This document shows, piece after piece, positions 18,270-27,709 of a stretch of DNA of 32,000 nucleotides; the first letter of the stretch is position 1, and each line of letters begins with the position of its first letter. The notes beneath the pieces are model-generated. The model worked only from the letters and a program-made list of their open reading frames with translations, ran no database searches and had not been told where the DNA came from. Made by a program: the position numbers and the translations under genes. The stretch lies in contig NJBF01000009.1 in assembly GCA_003144275.1 (NCBI GenBank), positions 62,594-94,593 on the forward strand, given 5' to 3'. This stretch comes from Candidatus Heimdallarchaeota archaeon B3_Heim (lineage in GTDB: Archaea; Asgardarchaeota; Heimdallarchaeia; Hodarchaeales; Hodarchaeaceae).

Positions 18270-20966
18270 ACACGCAATTTTGAATGATAACTTTGTCTAA
18301 AAATAACAATTTTAATTATAGAAAATCAAAAGAAATGATCTTATACAATATTATATTGGGGTTTATCCATGGAGAATAGTTTATTTAATATTGGTAAAAT
18401 ATTTGATGCTTGCGATGATGAGCCAACCACCGCACAAATCGATGTTGCAAAAGAATGGGCAAAATTAGTTACTGATAAGAAACTAGAGGATGAAGTGAAG
18501 AACTATTTCAAGTTTGGAAACAAAATTCTCCTCAAACTTCTAGGCTATGATGAAGACGACATTGGATTTGAGGAGAGTGCTGGTAGAAAAAGAGTTGAAT
18601 TTTCTATTAAAGACAATACAAATAAGTTGAAACTTGTAATTGAGTTAAAAGGTCAAAATGTAGATTTGGATAAACCACAGAAACGTGGTAAGAAATTTGA
18701 AAGGTCTCCAGTTGACCAAGCTTTTACTTATGCGATCGAAAATAAAGGTGTACAATGGATTATAGTTAGTAACTACAAAGAAACTAGGTTGTACAATTAC
18801 TATCATAAGAAACGGTTTATTTCTTTCACAGCTGATGATCTGTTAGTAATATCCAACTTGAAGATTTTTCTTTGTCTTCTTTCCAAAACAAATTTCTTGA
18901 TCAATAAATTACCCGATAAAATTCTGAATGATACTCTATTAGTAGATAAGCAATTCACTAAGGATTTTTATAAACTATACCATGCTACAAGATTAGAAAT
19001 AGCACGACAAATCCAGACCGGTAATCCAAGTTTCTCAATTAAGAAAATTGTGTCTTTAACGCAACTAATCCTAAATAGAATTATTTTTATTGCATTTACA
19101 GAGGATAGAAATCTTCTTCCATCTGAAACTTTGATAGAAACAATCTTACCTCCTATAAAAAGTAGAGATGTTTCTAAAACACGTCAAGAAATATGGAGAA
19201 AGTTGAACCTATTATTCGATGATATTAACAACGGAAAAGAAGACAAGGATATATCGCAGTACAATGGAGCAGTTTTTAAAGAGGATCTCAGCTTTTTGAA
19301 AATAGTCGATCTTTTCTCCCATTCAGAAAAGAAGAATATCGCTTATAATCACGGTTTTGATTATTCTGAGATTGAAAAACTGATTGGTGAATATAAATCT
19401 CTGAACCCTATATACAAGAATTTTCTATTGATTAGTCAAACTAATTTCAAGGATGAGAGATCAATAGATATTCTGGGGCATGTTTTTGAGCAGTCGATAT
19501 TGGATATTGAAAGAATTGCCGATATCGGCCTAGATAAGATTATCGAGGAAACCTTAAGCAGATCGAAAAAGAAAGGAAAGAGTAAAAAACGAAAAAGTGA
19601 GGGTATCTTCTATACACCAGAGATGGTAACTCTTGAAATAACGAAAACTGCACTTATCCGCTATTTATCAGATGATGATAAAATCACAACCATAGAAGGA
19701 TTGATAAATGAATTTGAAGGAAATATTACCTCTCTCGAAGACAAACTTACTAACATCAAAATTACTGACATTGCCTGCGGATCTGGAGCCTTTCTAAGCC
19801 AATTGACCAATCTTATTCTTGAATTATTCGAAAAAATACATCAATTGAAAATTGACCAAGGATTTTTTGTTGACGATCCTCTAAAAGAATTTTTTGATCC
19901 CTCACTAAAAAAGATGGAAATTGTTACAAATAATATTTTTGGTGCTGATATCAGCTCACAAGCAATTGAGATTGCTAAACTCTCCCTATTCCTTAAAATT
20001 GCACATAAAAAAGACAAGCTTCCTGATTTAGATTCTAATTTTACTGTTGGAAACAGTGTTATATCGGATAGCTCTGTTGTAACTGATGCAATTGATTGGG
20101 AAAACCTTACTCCCAATAAATTCCATATAATCGTTATTAATCCACCTTACATTCCGACTGAAATGCTACCAGAAGGAGATCGCTCCTATTTTTCTGGTAA
20201 TTTTGCGGTTTCAGGAAAATATGACACTTCTGTTATTTTTTTACAAAAAGCTTTAGGATTGTTGGAAGATGGAGGGGTTTTGGGAGCAATTGTACCCTTA
20301 ACATGGCAAACTGGAGTGAATTACAGATTATTTAGAGAAGAGATCTTCAAAATTTCGAAGATAATAACATTGATCAATCTTCCGTTTGATATTTTCCCAG
20401 ATGCATATGTTGATACAGGAATTGTAATATTAGAAAAGACCCCACCGTCACAAGATGATAGTTTCCGTGCTTATCAGTTTGATAAGCGAGCACGTGTTGC
20501 TACTCTGCACATTGACGAATGGGAAACGATTCCGTTCCAATATGTGCTAGAATATGAGGGTAAAAACGTATTTACTACAAAAGCTTTCTATACGTTTCAA
20601 AATAAGATTAAGCTCCTTTTTGAAGGGGGTAAGGCCAAGAAACTTGGAGACTTAACTGTATCAAGGCAGGGTTATTACGCTAGTAGACTTCAAACGAAGA
20701 AAACTCAACCTGATATTAATCACATCCCCTTCTATACAAAGGGCTTAGCCTTGCGTCATTTCGTAATCCCCCACTTAAGTGAATTTGTAGATATAAATGA
20801 ATGGGAAAGACTCAAACCATTTTATTGTACCCCAAAATTGTTCATTCGTAGAATAATTAATAGACAGGATAGATTAATGGCGTTCTATGTTGAACCAGAC
20901 CTATTAACAACAAAAGATTATAATCCATTTGTTCTAATAAAAGAGTCTGAGTGGTATAAAAGCTTG

Positions 20967-22385
20967 CTCGAATGATGAGTAAGTCACCATCGGGGAGTAA
21001 TGACGGAGCTGACCCACAAGCATTTAACTTCTGAACCAAATGTAATTCTATGTCACCAAAACAAGAAATACACCCGTTAGAAAACGAACTCCGTCACTAT
21101 CCTTCACGGACAGTCCAAGTTTTTAAAACTACCCATCTGACCCGTATTCTCAGGAAACACATTCACGAGACAGATGCCGACAAAAATCGGAAAGAATTTA
21201 GCTGTGAACAGTGGATTAAAAGTCTTTTCTTGATGCAGATTCATAAGTTCGAAGCGGTACGACCCTTTGTTCGTCAGCTCGAGCAAAACAAATCTTGGCA
21301 AGCGATTTGCGGTTATCAGGGAAACATTCCGACTCAAGGGCAGTACTCCCGAAGAATTCCTGATCAGCGCGTTCAGGAGGTGTTAGTACGGATGTTCCAG
21401 ACTTATCAACATTTAATTCCCTTGACACACAAGCAATTACCTACTACGCCCTCGAAGGCTCAATTTACCCTCCTTCAACAGGGGTATTATCCATTTCGGA
21501 TGGATTGTACCAGTTTAAAGTTATCTCCAGACCGTTATCCTTATGCTACCTGGGGGTACGTAGCCAGCAAAAAACAGCCTTTCCCTAGTGCGCGAATACA
21601 CACAGTTCAGGAAGGAATTCACGGATTCATTGCTAATTATGGACCATCGGGAGGCCATGAACATGAATCTCCCGTAGCTGAGGTACTATTGAATGAAACC
21701 GAAGAAATCAGTAGTTGGCTGTCTATTAATTCCATTGCAGATCAACCTCGACCATTTATAATATTTGATCGGGGATACTGGAAGTTAGCTCGTTTTCAGG
21801 ACTTAGATACTCGAGGATGGGGATGGAGCATTCCTTGGAAGAAACGAACTCTAATTGGAGTTCAAATAGAGATATTAAAATTTCCTCAAGCTGAGGATGA
21901 TCCCCTGGAAATTCTAGTCTGGGGATCAAACACTGAAAAACCGTGGCGTCGAATTATTGGTAAGCTAAATTCATCTAGCGATAGTTTCTGGGATGTATTT
22001 ACCAATGATTTGTCCCTTCCTCCCTTAACGGTGCTTCAACTCCAAAAGGAACGCTGGGAGATCGAAACTTTGTTTCAATGGATTAAACAACACACCACAA
22101 TTAAACGTCCGTTGGGGAAATCTTGGATGAGTTTTATCACCCATTGTCTGTTAGTGACCTTATTACAGATCATCCTCTTTTATTATCTCCTCCTTCTTGG
22201 ATTTACTCGTTGGCAAGACCATTTAACTTTATTACTAGAAAATTTACGTTATTCAGACTTAGAGCTTTGGCCTGATTGTTACTTGATAGCAGAAAGGTTG
22301 TAATTAATGTCAGGTGATAAAAATGTGATGATATAATCCATTAGACTTAAAAAGGCCAGTGAAGTGAAGTTACTCATCAATCGAG
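20967..22385 (+). mobile_element. IS4-family insertion sequence, 1419 bp
   Basis: 16-bp TIRs CTCGAATGATGAGTAA (20967-20982) and TTACTCATCAATCGAG (22370-22385) with one mismatch; perfect 9-bp TSD AAAAGCTTG at 20958-20966 and 22386-22394. Confidence 0.95.
21050..22303 (+). CDS. IS4-family DDE transposase
   Basis: N-terminal FSCEQWIKSLFLMQ (DUF4372-like), RMDCT, IFDRGY and ERWEIETLFQWIKQH motifs. Confidence 0.92.
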   Translation: MSPKQEIHPLENELRHYPSRTVQVFKTTHLTRILRKHIHETDADKNRKEFSCEQWIKSLFLMQIHKFEAVRPFVRQLEQNKSWQAICGYQGNIPTQGQYSRRIPDQRVQEVLVRMFQTYQHLIPLTHKQLPTTPSKAQFTLLQQGYYPFRMDCTSLKLSPDRYPYATWGYVASKKQPFPSARIHTVQEGIHGFIANYGPSGGHEHESPVAEVLLNETEEISSWLSINSIADQPRPFIIFDRGYWKLARFQDLDTRGWGWSIPWKKRTLIGVQIEILKFPQAEDDPLEILVWGSNTEKPWRRIIGKLNSSSDSFWDVFTNDLSLPPLTVLQLQKERWEIETLFQWIKQHTTIKRPLGKSWMSFITHCLLVTLLQIILFYYLLLLGFTRWQDHLTLLLENLRYSDLELWPDCYLIAERL

Positions 22386-23011
22386 AAAAGCTTGAGTTAC
22401 TATTACCTCTCGGCAATAATCAATTCAAAACTAATTTCCTTTATCTACATTAATACCTCTACAATTGCACAAAAAGATGATTTCCGACAAACCGATCTTA
22501 AAACTTTAAGAGATTTGCCAATTATTCTTCCTAATGAAACTGCTAAAGAATCGCTTGAAAAGCTAGCTGCTGAACTTGAGGAAAACTGGAAATCATTCCA
22601 TGTTGAGAAAATACGAGTGGGAGCTGTTCTGAAATCAAAATATAAAGTAAAAGTAGGGATAAGGATTGCGAATCTTCATAAATATACTAATGAAGAAGTT
22701 GCAGGAGATTTTCCCAAGCTATCGTTGAAAGAGACTGAAGAGCTTTTAGAATATCTAAATGAAAAAAGAGAATTAATATCTTCAATTAGTGAGACAATTA
22801 TTGATCTAGAGAACAAAATCGACAATCTAATTTATCAACTGTATGAATTAACTGAAGAAGAAACCCTGATTGTAGAAGATAGAATAAAATTAATTATTTA
22901 ACCATTTATTGTTTATACACTTCAATGAAACAGAAATAAATCATCCTTTAATTATATGTTAAAAAAACTACTTCGTGCAAGGACTTGGGAAGTAGGAGAG
23001 AGTAATTCAAC

Positions 23012-24157
23012 TTGAGAAAACCACAGAAAGCGACTCGTTCTATATTTTTTGCGAATCTAGGTAATGATCCAAAAAATCAATTGAGTAAAATTGCTAAAAT
23101 AGGAATCACAGATGTGGTTAGGAAATTCACTGATCTCAGTAAAATACCCGAAGGTAATTATCTCATTGTTATGAAGAGATGGAGTGGAAATTCATTTGAT
23201 GGAGTCCCGATTGCAAATGCCCGTTATCCATTAGGGGGCGGATACATTTTATTATGTGACCAGAATTGCATCGTGATTGATCCCGGAATAAACTTTTTTC
23301 AAGCTTTTCAGGAAATGGGGTTTAAACCTGCTGATATTGATGTGATTCTAATAACACATAATCACCTAGATCATCGTAAAGATTTAACTAGAATTTCCTC
23401 TGCATTTTTGAGATCATTTAATGCATCTAAAAAACACAAATCAATAATTCCTAAAAAAATCACATTATATCTAAATAATAATACACGAGTAACTTTATCA
23501 GCAGCTTTAGATCATATTAATGCGGAAATACTTGAACCTGTGAACGATTTTGCTAACTTGCGTGGGGATTTCATTAAATTTAAGCCAGTTGCTGTAGATC
23601 ATCCTCAAGAGGTAACCCATCCAGATTTTCAAAACGAACCTTCTTATGGCTTTATATTCAAGATTCAAGTACCTAAAGATTTGATTTTAGGTATAACAGG
23701 AGATACGAGATATTTTGAGGATTTAGAAGAAGAATTTAAATCTGTATCTGTATTAGCAACTCATATTGGGTCTATAGATCAATCAAACAATCATCTCAAA
23801 TTAGAGGGAGTACTCAAACTTGCAAACAGTCTGAAGCGATTAACACACCTTATAATGACTGAATATGATTACGACGAATTTCATTTAGAGAATAATCGGG
23901 TAAAAACAACGGATTTTATTAAATCAGAATTAAAGAAAAAATCTGTACGAGTGATCTCTGGAGATGTATCTTTAAGAATGAATTTGAATAACAGGAAAGT
24001 ATTCGTACCTTGCTCAATCTGTAATAAATCAATGTTAAACAACTTTTTATACTGTGTAAATAAATGTAAGAAACCAATTTGGTTTGACATCAAAAATATT
24101 GTAGAGAAAGAAGAAGTAGATGAATTTGGGCAAGGGATTCATTATTCTGTGAAATAG
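23012..24157 (+). CDS. Metallo-beta-lactamase-fold hydrolase with Cys-rich C-terminus
   Basis: GGGY..IVIDPG, THNHLDH (HxHxDH), VDH, ITGDT and THIG motifs; C-terminal CSIC...CVNKC. Confidence 0.85.
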   Translation: MRKPQKATRSIFFANLGNDPKNQLSKIAKIGITDVVRKFTDLSKIPEGNYLIVMKRWSGNSFDGVPIANARYPLGGGYILLCDQNCIVIDPGINFFQAFQEMGFKPADIDVILITHNHLDHRKDLTRISSAFLRSFNASKKHKSIIPKKITLYLNNNTRVTLSAALDHINAEILEPVNDFANLRGDFIKFKPVAVDHPQEVTHPDFQNEPSYGFIFKIQVPKDLILGITGDTRYFEDLEEEFKSVSVLATHIGSIDQSNNHLKLEGVLKLANSLKRLTHLIMTEYDYDEFHLENNRVKTTDFIKSELKKKSVRVISGDVSLRMNLNNRKVFVPCSICNKSMLNNFLYCVNKCKKPIWFDIKNIVEKEEVDEFGQGIHYSVK

Positions 24158-24180
24158 CTTACTTATTTAGAGAGATTGGA

Positions 24181-25332
24181 TTAAAGATTATCGTTGGAAT
24201 ATTGACACCGGATTATTGCTTCTTTATTGGCAAATCCGATAATACGGTTGTCATCACGTATAGGAATCTCATCTAAATTATTTTCTGCTAAGAAACTTGC
24301 TACCGTAAGCCATGTACCATCTTTCGGGAAAGGAACAATTTTTTCGGTTATATCTTCAACTATGGTTATAGGTGACTTACCTTGAAATCGTGCATAGATA
24401 ATATTATGAGTTTTTTCTGAAGGGATAATGCCATGATACTCCTTATCTCTAAAAACCATGAAGAGGTTAGAATAACTGATAATCTCATAAGGTTTTTCAG
24501 CCCAAATTTGTATTAAGTCTTTTTTCTCGACGCTTTCTATTAGTTCTAGTTCCTCTATTGATCTCGAGTATAGGGCATGTTTATTTACAAGAGCATCTTC
24601 GATCTCCCCAGATAGAATATTGAGAAATCTTGCTAATCCTTTCCCTTCTTTAGATAGTTCATATCTTGATTTTTTCCGTTTAACAAGAAATTTCTCACCA
24701 ATTAAATCCTTTAGATGGCCATCTATTAAACTAGATGTTGGAGTTTTTGACTGCGAAAGTTTATTTGGAACTAGATGAGTAAACACCTCAACCCCTCTTT
24801 CTATCTGTGAAAAATTAAATGGAGGGTTCTGGAAAAGAGTTAAAAGGATGAAAAATTTTATATCCACGGAACAGATTGAAATTATTGTTGATAGATACTC
24901 TTTGACATCTTCAATTGGCATCGATGACATTATTTTATTTGAGATTTGCTCATTTATGACTCTTTTTACCTGAATCACGGTATCATCAGGAGTAAAATAC
25001 TTAGTTATTTTATTATATGAAAATAATTTACTTTCAATCATTCTCTTCTTGTGATAACTATACGTGGATTTTCCTTTTCCTTCGTCGAAAAGCATTCTGA
25101 GATTAAAATTGTTTTCCTCAGATTCTAATTTTTTTGGATTTATAATGAAGTTCTTAATTGGTTTAATTTTCCTAATCTTTTTAAGAAAGTCAATGACTAG
25201 CCGGTAGGTCATCATTCTTTGAGTAAATTCTGGATTCTTTTGTTTCTCCTCCAAAAGTAAGATTGACTCATCATTCTCTACTAAAAGATTCTTTTCAATC
25301 ATTAAGTGTTCTGAATCTTTTTTGTTTTTCAT
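24181..25332 (-). CDS. Putative regulator with winged-helix domains and a C-terminal CBS-like pair
   Basis: KSTYSYHKKRMIESKL and SSLIDGHLKDLIGEKFLVKRKKSRYELSKEG (wHTH-like); NNLDEIPIRDDNRIIGFANKEAII (CBS-like). Confidence 0.65.
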   Translation of the reverse strand: MKNKKDSEHLMIEKNLLVENDESILLLEEKQKNPEFTQRMMTYRLVIDFLKKIRKIKPIKNFIINPKKLESEENNFNLRMLFDEGKGKSTYSYHKKRMIESKLFSYNKITKYFTPDDTVIQVKRVINEQISNKIMSSMPIEDVKEYLSTIISICSVDIKFFILLTLFQNPPFNFSQIERGVEVFTHLVPNKLSQSKTPTSSLIDGHLKDLIGEKFLVKRKKSRYELSKEGKGLARFLNILSGEIEDALVNKHALYSRSIEELELIESVEKKDLIQIWAEKPYEIISYSNLFMVFRDKEYHGIIPSEKTHNIIYARFQGKSPITIVEDITEKIVPFPKDGTWLTVASFLAENNLDEIPIRDDNRIIGFANKEAIIRCQYSNDNL

Positions 25333-25516
25333 TTTTACCTCACTTCTTCTGAGTACATATGTTACTTAGACCTTAATAAAGATTTCGAATATGACTAACT
25401 CAATTACAATAGAACTATGTTATCTCAATTTTATAGAATTACTAGGTCTAAAGAATCTTTTATCGCCTAAATTTCATTGTCCTTTTTTTCCAAGATTTCG
25501 ATGGTACACCTTCGAA

Positions 25517-25717
25517 GCTACCCAGTGCAAGCTTATGACAGCAAAAAGCTACCGGAATGCAAACAATTGGTCACCTAGTGCAAAGATATGATCCACTTTT
25601 TGAGTGACTTATTTATTCTCCTATACCCCTCAGTGCAATTTTATAGTAAAAGTCAGATCGGTGGTTGTGACTTTCACTTCGGAATTGCACTGAGTGACCA
25701 TAAGCTTGCACTGAAGT
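25517..25717. repeat. Right-end array: four inverted boxes, a 12-8-12 palindromic core and two outward boxes
   Basis: Minus-strand boxes at 25519-25539, 25551-25571, 25572-25592 and 25627-25647. Core GTAAAAGTCAGA-TCGGTGGT-TGTGACTTTCAC (25646-25677). Plus-strand boxes at 25676-25696 and 25697-25717. Confidence 0.92.
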
Positions 25718-25870
25718 ATACTTTCTAAGATGGGAAGGATGTCTATTCCCTCAATCTACCTAGCTTGATCAGTTCTTCTCGCAACTCTCTTATTCCGTCA
25801 TTAATTTGGTCAATCTGTAAATCTATAAATAATTAGTGACGTTATAATTCTAATAGGAGAAATCTTAATC

Positions 25871-26002
25871 TTGTATAAAAAGAGAAAAGATAAAGAGAAG
25901 AGTTTAGACTATTTGAAAAAAAATAAGAAGAAAAATGATCATGATCTACTTGTTGCTTACAGCACATCAAAGATGATTGATCCCCCTGGGCAAGGTGGAT
26001 AG
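25871..26002 (+). CDS. Possible 43-aa Lys-rich peptide ending IDPPGQGG
   Basis: TTG start with AGGAGA upstream; translated by hand and below the ORF-track cutoff. Confidence 0.3.
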   Translation: MYKKRKDKEKSLDYLKKNKKKNDHDLLVAYSTSKMIDPPGQGG

Positions 26003-26637
26003 TAATTTCTTCCATAAGCCTGTTAATTTTGAAATCGCACCAATCCAAGCTATTTGAATTTCATTTGTCATCATAATTATTGCCCCTGACTTTTAAATCA
26101 AGATTGTCAAGTAAAGTGAAGGTTTGATCCAAATATTTTTTCTCTAGCGACTCCCATGGCAATTCAAAGGTAGGAATTACAAAAAGTAACAGCTATTCTG
26201 AACCAATGGATCTATTCTATAAACTTTTTCTTAGATAGTGAATTTCATACCTTTTTTAGTTCATTTAACAATCATACCAAGACATAAATTGCGTTTGTTT
26301 GTCTTTAAAGATGAAAATCGCGTATCAAGGCGTTTTAGCTGATTCTAGTGTATTACTATGAATAAGTAAATTAATAGTATCTTTTCTTTTTTCTTTAATG
26401 ATTGAATGGTTCTTTGTATTCGTTGTTTCTTACACTCTTCTTGGTATTTTTTATTCTCTAAGATAAGCTTCCTATTCTTTTTATAGCCTCAAAAATAAAC
26501 ACTATAGACCGAAAATGATATAATTAGAAATAAATTATTAGTCATAGAAACGTTTAGCTTTATATAGTTATTACACCTTTTAATGACAAATATTTAACTG
26601 TTCTCGAAAGCATAAGAAAAAGAAGTCGATTAAAAAT

Positions 26638-26961
26638 ATGCCCGATATTGTAGTAACTTGGGGTTTAGACAGAGGGGAATTTTGGGATCATGATGTGACA
26701 GATGAAGAAATTGCTACTGAATGGGGGCCTTGGGAGTTAAAAACACGTCTACCTGAGCTTCATTTAATGAATAAAGTATATGTTTGTCATAATAAAGAAA
26801 TTAAAGGATATAATACAATAAAAAAAATATGGGTTGATGAGTATAGGACTCGAATGAAAATTTTCTGTAAAAGCTGGGTTAAAGTTGATCCTATCCCCAT
26901 AAGAAAATGTGGTCAGAGTTTTAAATACTTTGAAAAAATTAAGCGGTTAGGAGCAAAGTGA
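26638..26961 (+). CDS. Small PUA-superfamily (ASCH/EVE-like) protein
   Basis: KVYVCHNKEIKGY..I..I and C-terminal W..VDPIPIRKCGQSFKY resemble the ASCH-like P.P.kG.QGF.Y motif. Confidence 0.5.
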   Translation: MPDIVVTWGLDRGEFWDHDVTDEEIATEWGPWELKTRLPELHLMNKVYVCHNKEIKGYNTIKKIWVDEYRTRMKIFCKSWVKVDPIPIRKCGQSFKYFEKIKRLGAK

Positions 26962-26971
26962 GTTCCCATTT

Positions 26972-27307
26972 CTAACTTTTCGGATATTGTTGATTATAGG
27001 GTGGTTGATAATAATGAATCAATTGTGCCTCTGCTTGAGGTGTTTGATTCTCTGGTAAAATGTACCACGAAACGGTTCCAAATGGAATGTAATCATTCTC
27101 GTAATAATGGCTTCTTTCCCAATCCTTTAGTCGTCTTTGTAGATTGTTACTCATACCAATATACTGAAGAGTATCTCCCCAAAATAACGCATAGACACCA
27201 GATCTTTATGGAATTTCATCAAGATCTTTTTTTTCGAAATATTCCCCACAATCAATTATTTTAAGTCTTAAATTATCGAGCTTCTGTTTAATTCTTACCC
27301 TTGACAT
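26972..27307 (-). pseudogene. GIY-YIG nuclease with an in-frame TAA at codon 34
   Basis: From ATG 27307: ...DLDEIP*RSGVYALFWGDTLQYIGMSNNLQRRL...AEAQLIHYYQPPYN. Stop at 27206-27208. Confidence 0.8.
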
Positions 27308-27679
27308 GTTACAAACTCGCTCTTCAGGTTAATTATTGCTCCTCAATTCTTGGTTGTATACCCTTTTAGTGTGATAGTTTAAAGTATGGTTCATTCTTTC
27401 TTATTAATATATTTTATTTTCATTGAATCTTATTTACTCTGAAATGTCCTTAGACTTTAAATTACCTATTAGTTAACAGAGTAATCGTAACTTTCTCAAG
27501 AAAATGAAAAAATTTACATGTAAATCTGAATCATTTCCCGTATGAAAGATGAAAAAGTAATGAGGGATTTATGTTTAAGTTAGTGTTTCGATATCAAGAG
27601 GGAAATACTAACTCGATGATCTTTGTGAGCTTATTAAATCTTAATTCATTTCTTTAGTGTAGCAATCATTGGCTGTATC

Positions 27680-27692
27680 GAAAGATTTAATA
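27680..27692 (+). promoter_or_regulatory. Candidate BRE/TATA promoter for a leaderless tnpB transcript
   Basis: GAAAGA followed by TTTAATA, beginning about 24 nt upstream of GTG 27710. Confidence 0.4.
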
Positions 27693-27709
27693 CTATATCG
27701 TGGTAAAAA

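Larger units (their letters stand above)
18369..22901 (+). pseudogene. Type IIG (Eco57I-like) fused restriction-modification enzyme, N6-adenine MTase, split by an IS; 1034 aa when reconstituted
   Basis: N-terminal nuclease-like VEF...IELK, GIFYTP, motif I DIACGSGAFL and motif IV NPPY. Joining 20966 to 22395 restores in-frame EWYKSL/SYYYLSAIINSKL (TaqI_C-like TRD). Confidence 0.9.
15301..25666. mobile_element. Putative non-autonomous mobile or invertible cargo element bounded by inverted ends
   Basis: 15301-15336 matches the reverse complement of 25631-25666 at 33/36; 15380-15416 matches the reverse complement of 25517-25553 at 34/37. Content is accessory/defence-like, with no recombinase gene and no direct target duplication found. 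Confidence 0.7.

Noticed and set aside
20958-20966. The IS target AAAAGCTTG resembles the box core ATAAGCTTG
   Set aside because: A short AT-rich match inside coding sequence with no flanking box similarity; chance is sufficient.
26086-26095. CTGACTTTTA, matching the core arm
   Set aside because: Only 10 bp, with no spacer match and no adjacent box.
26050-26545. Minus-strand coding-like fragments (e.g. IPTFELPWESLEKKYLDQ)
   Set aside because: Interrupted by several stops with no recognisable family; may be a decayed gene but cannot be supported.
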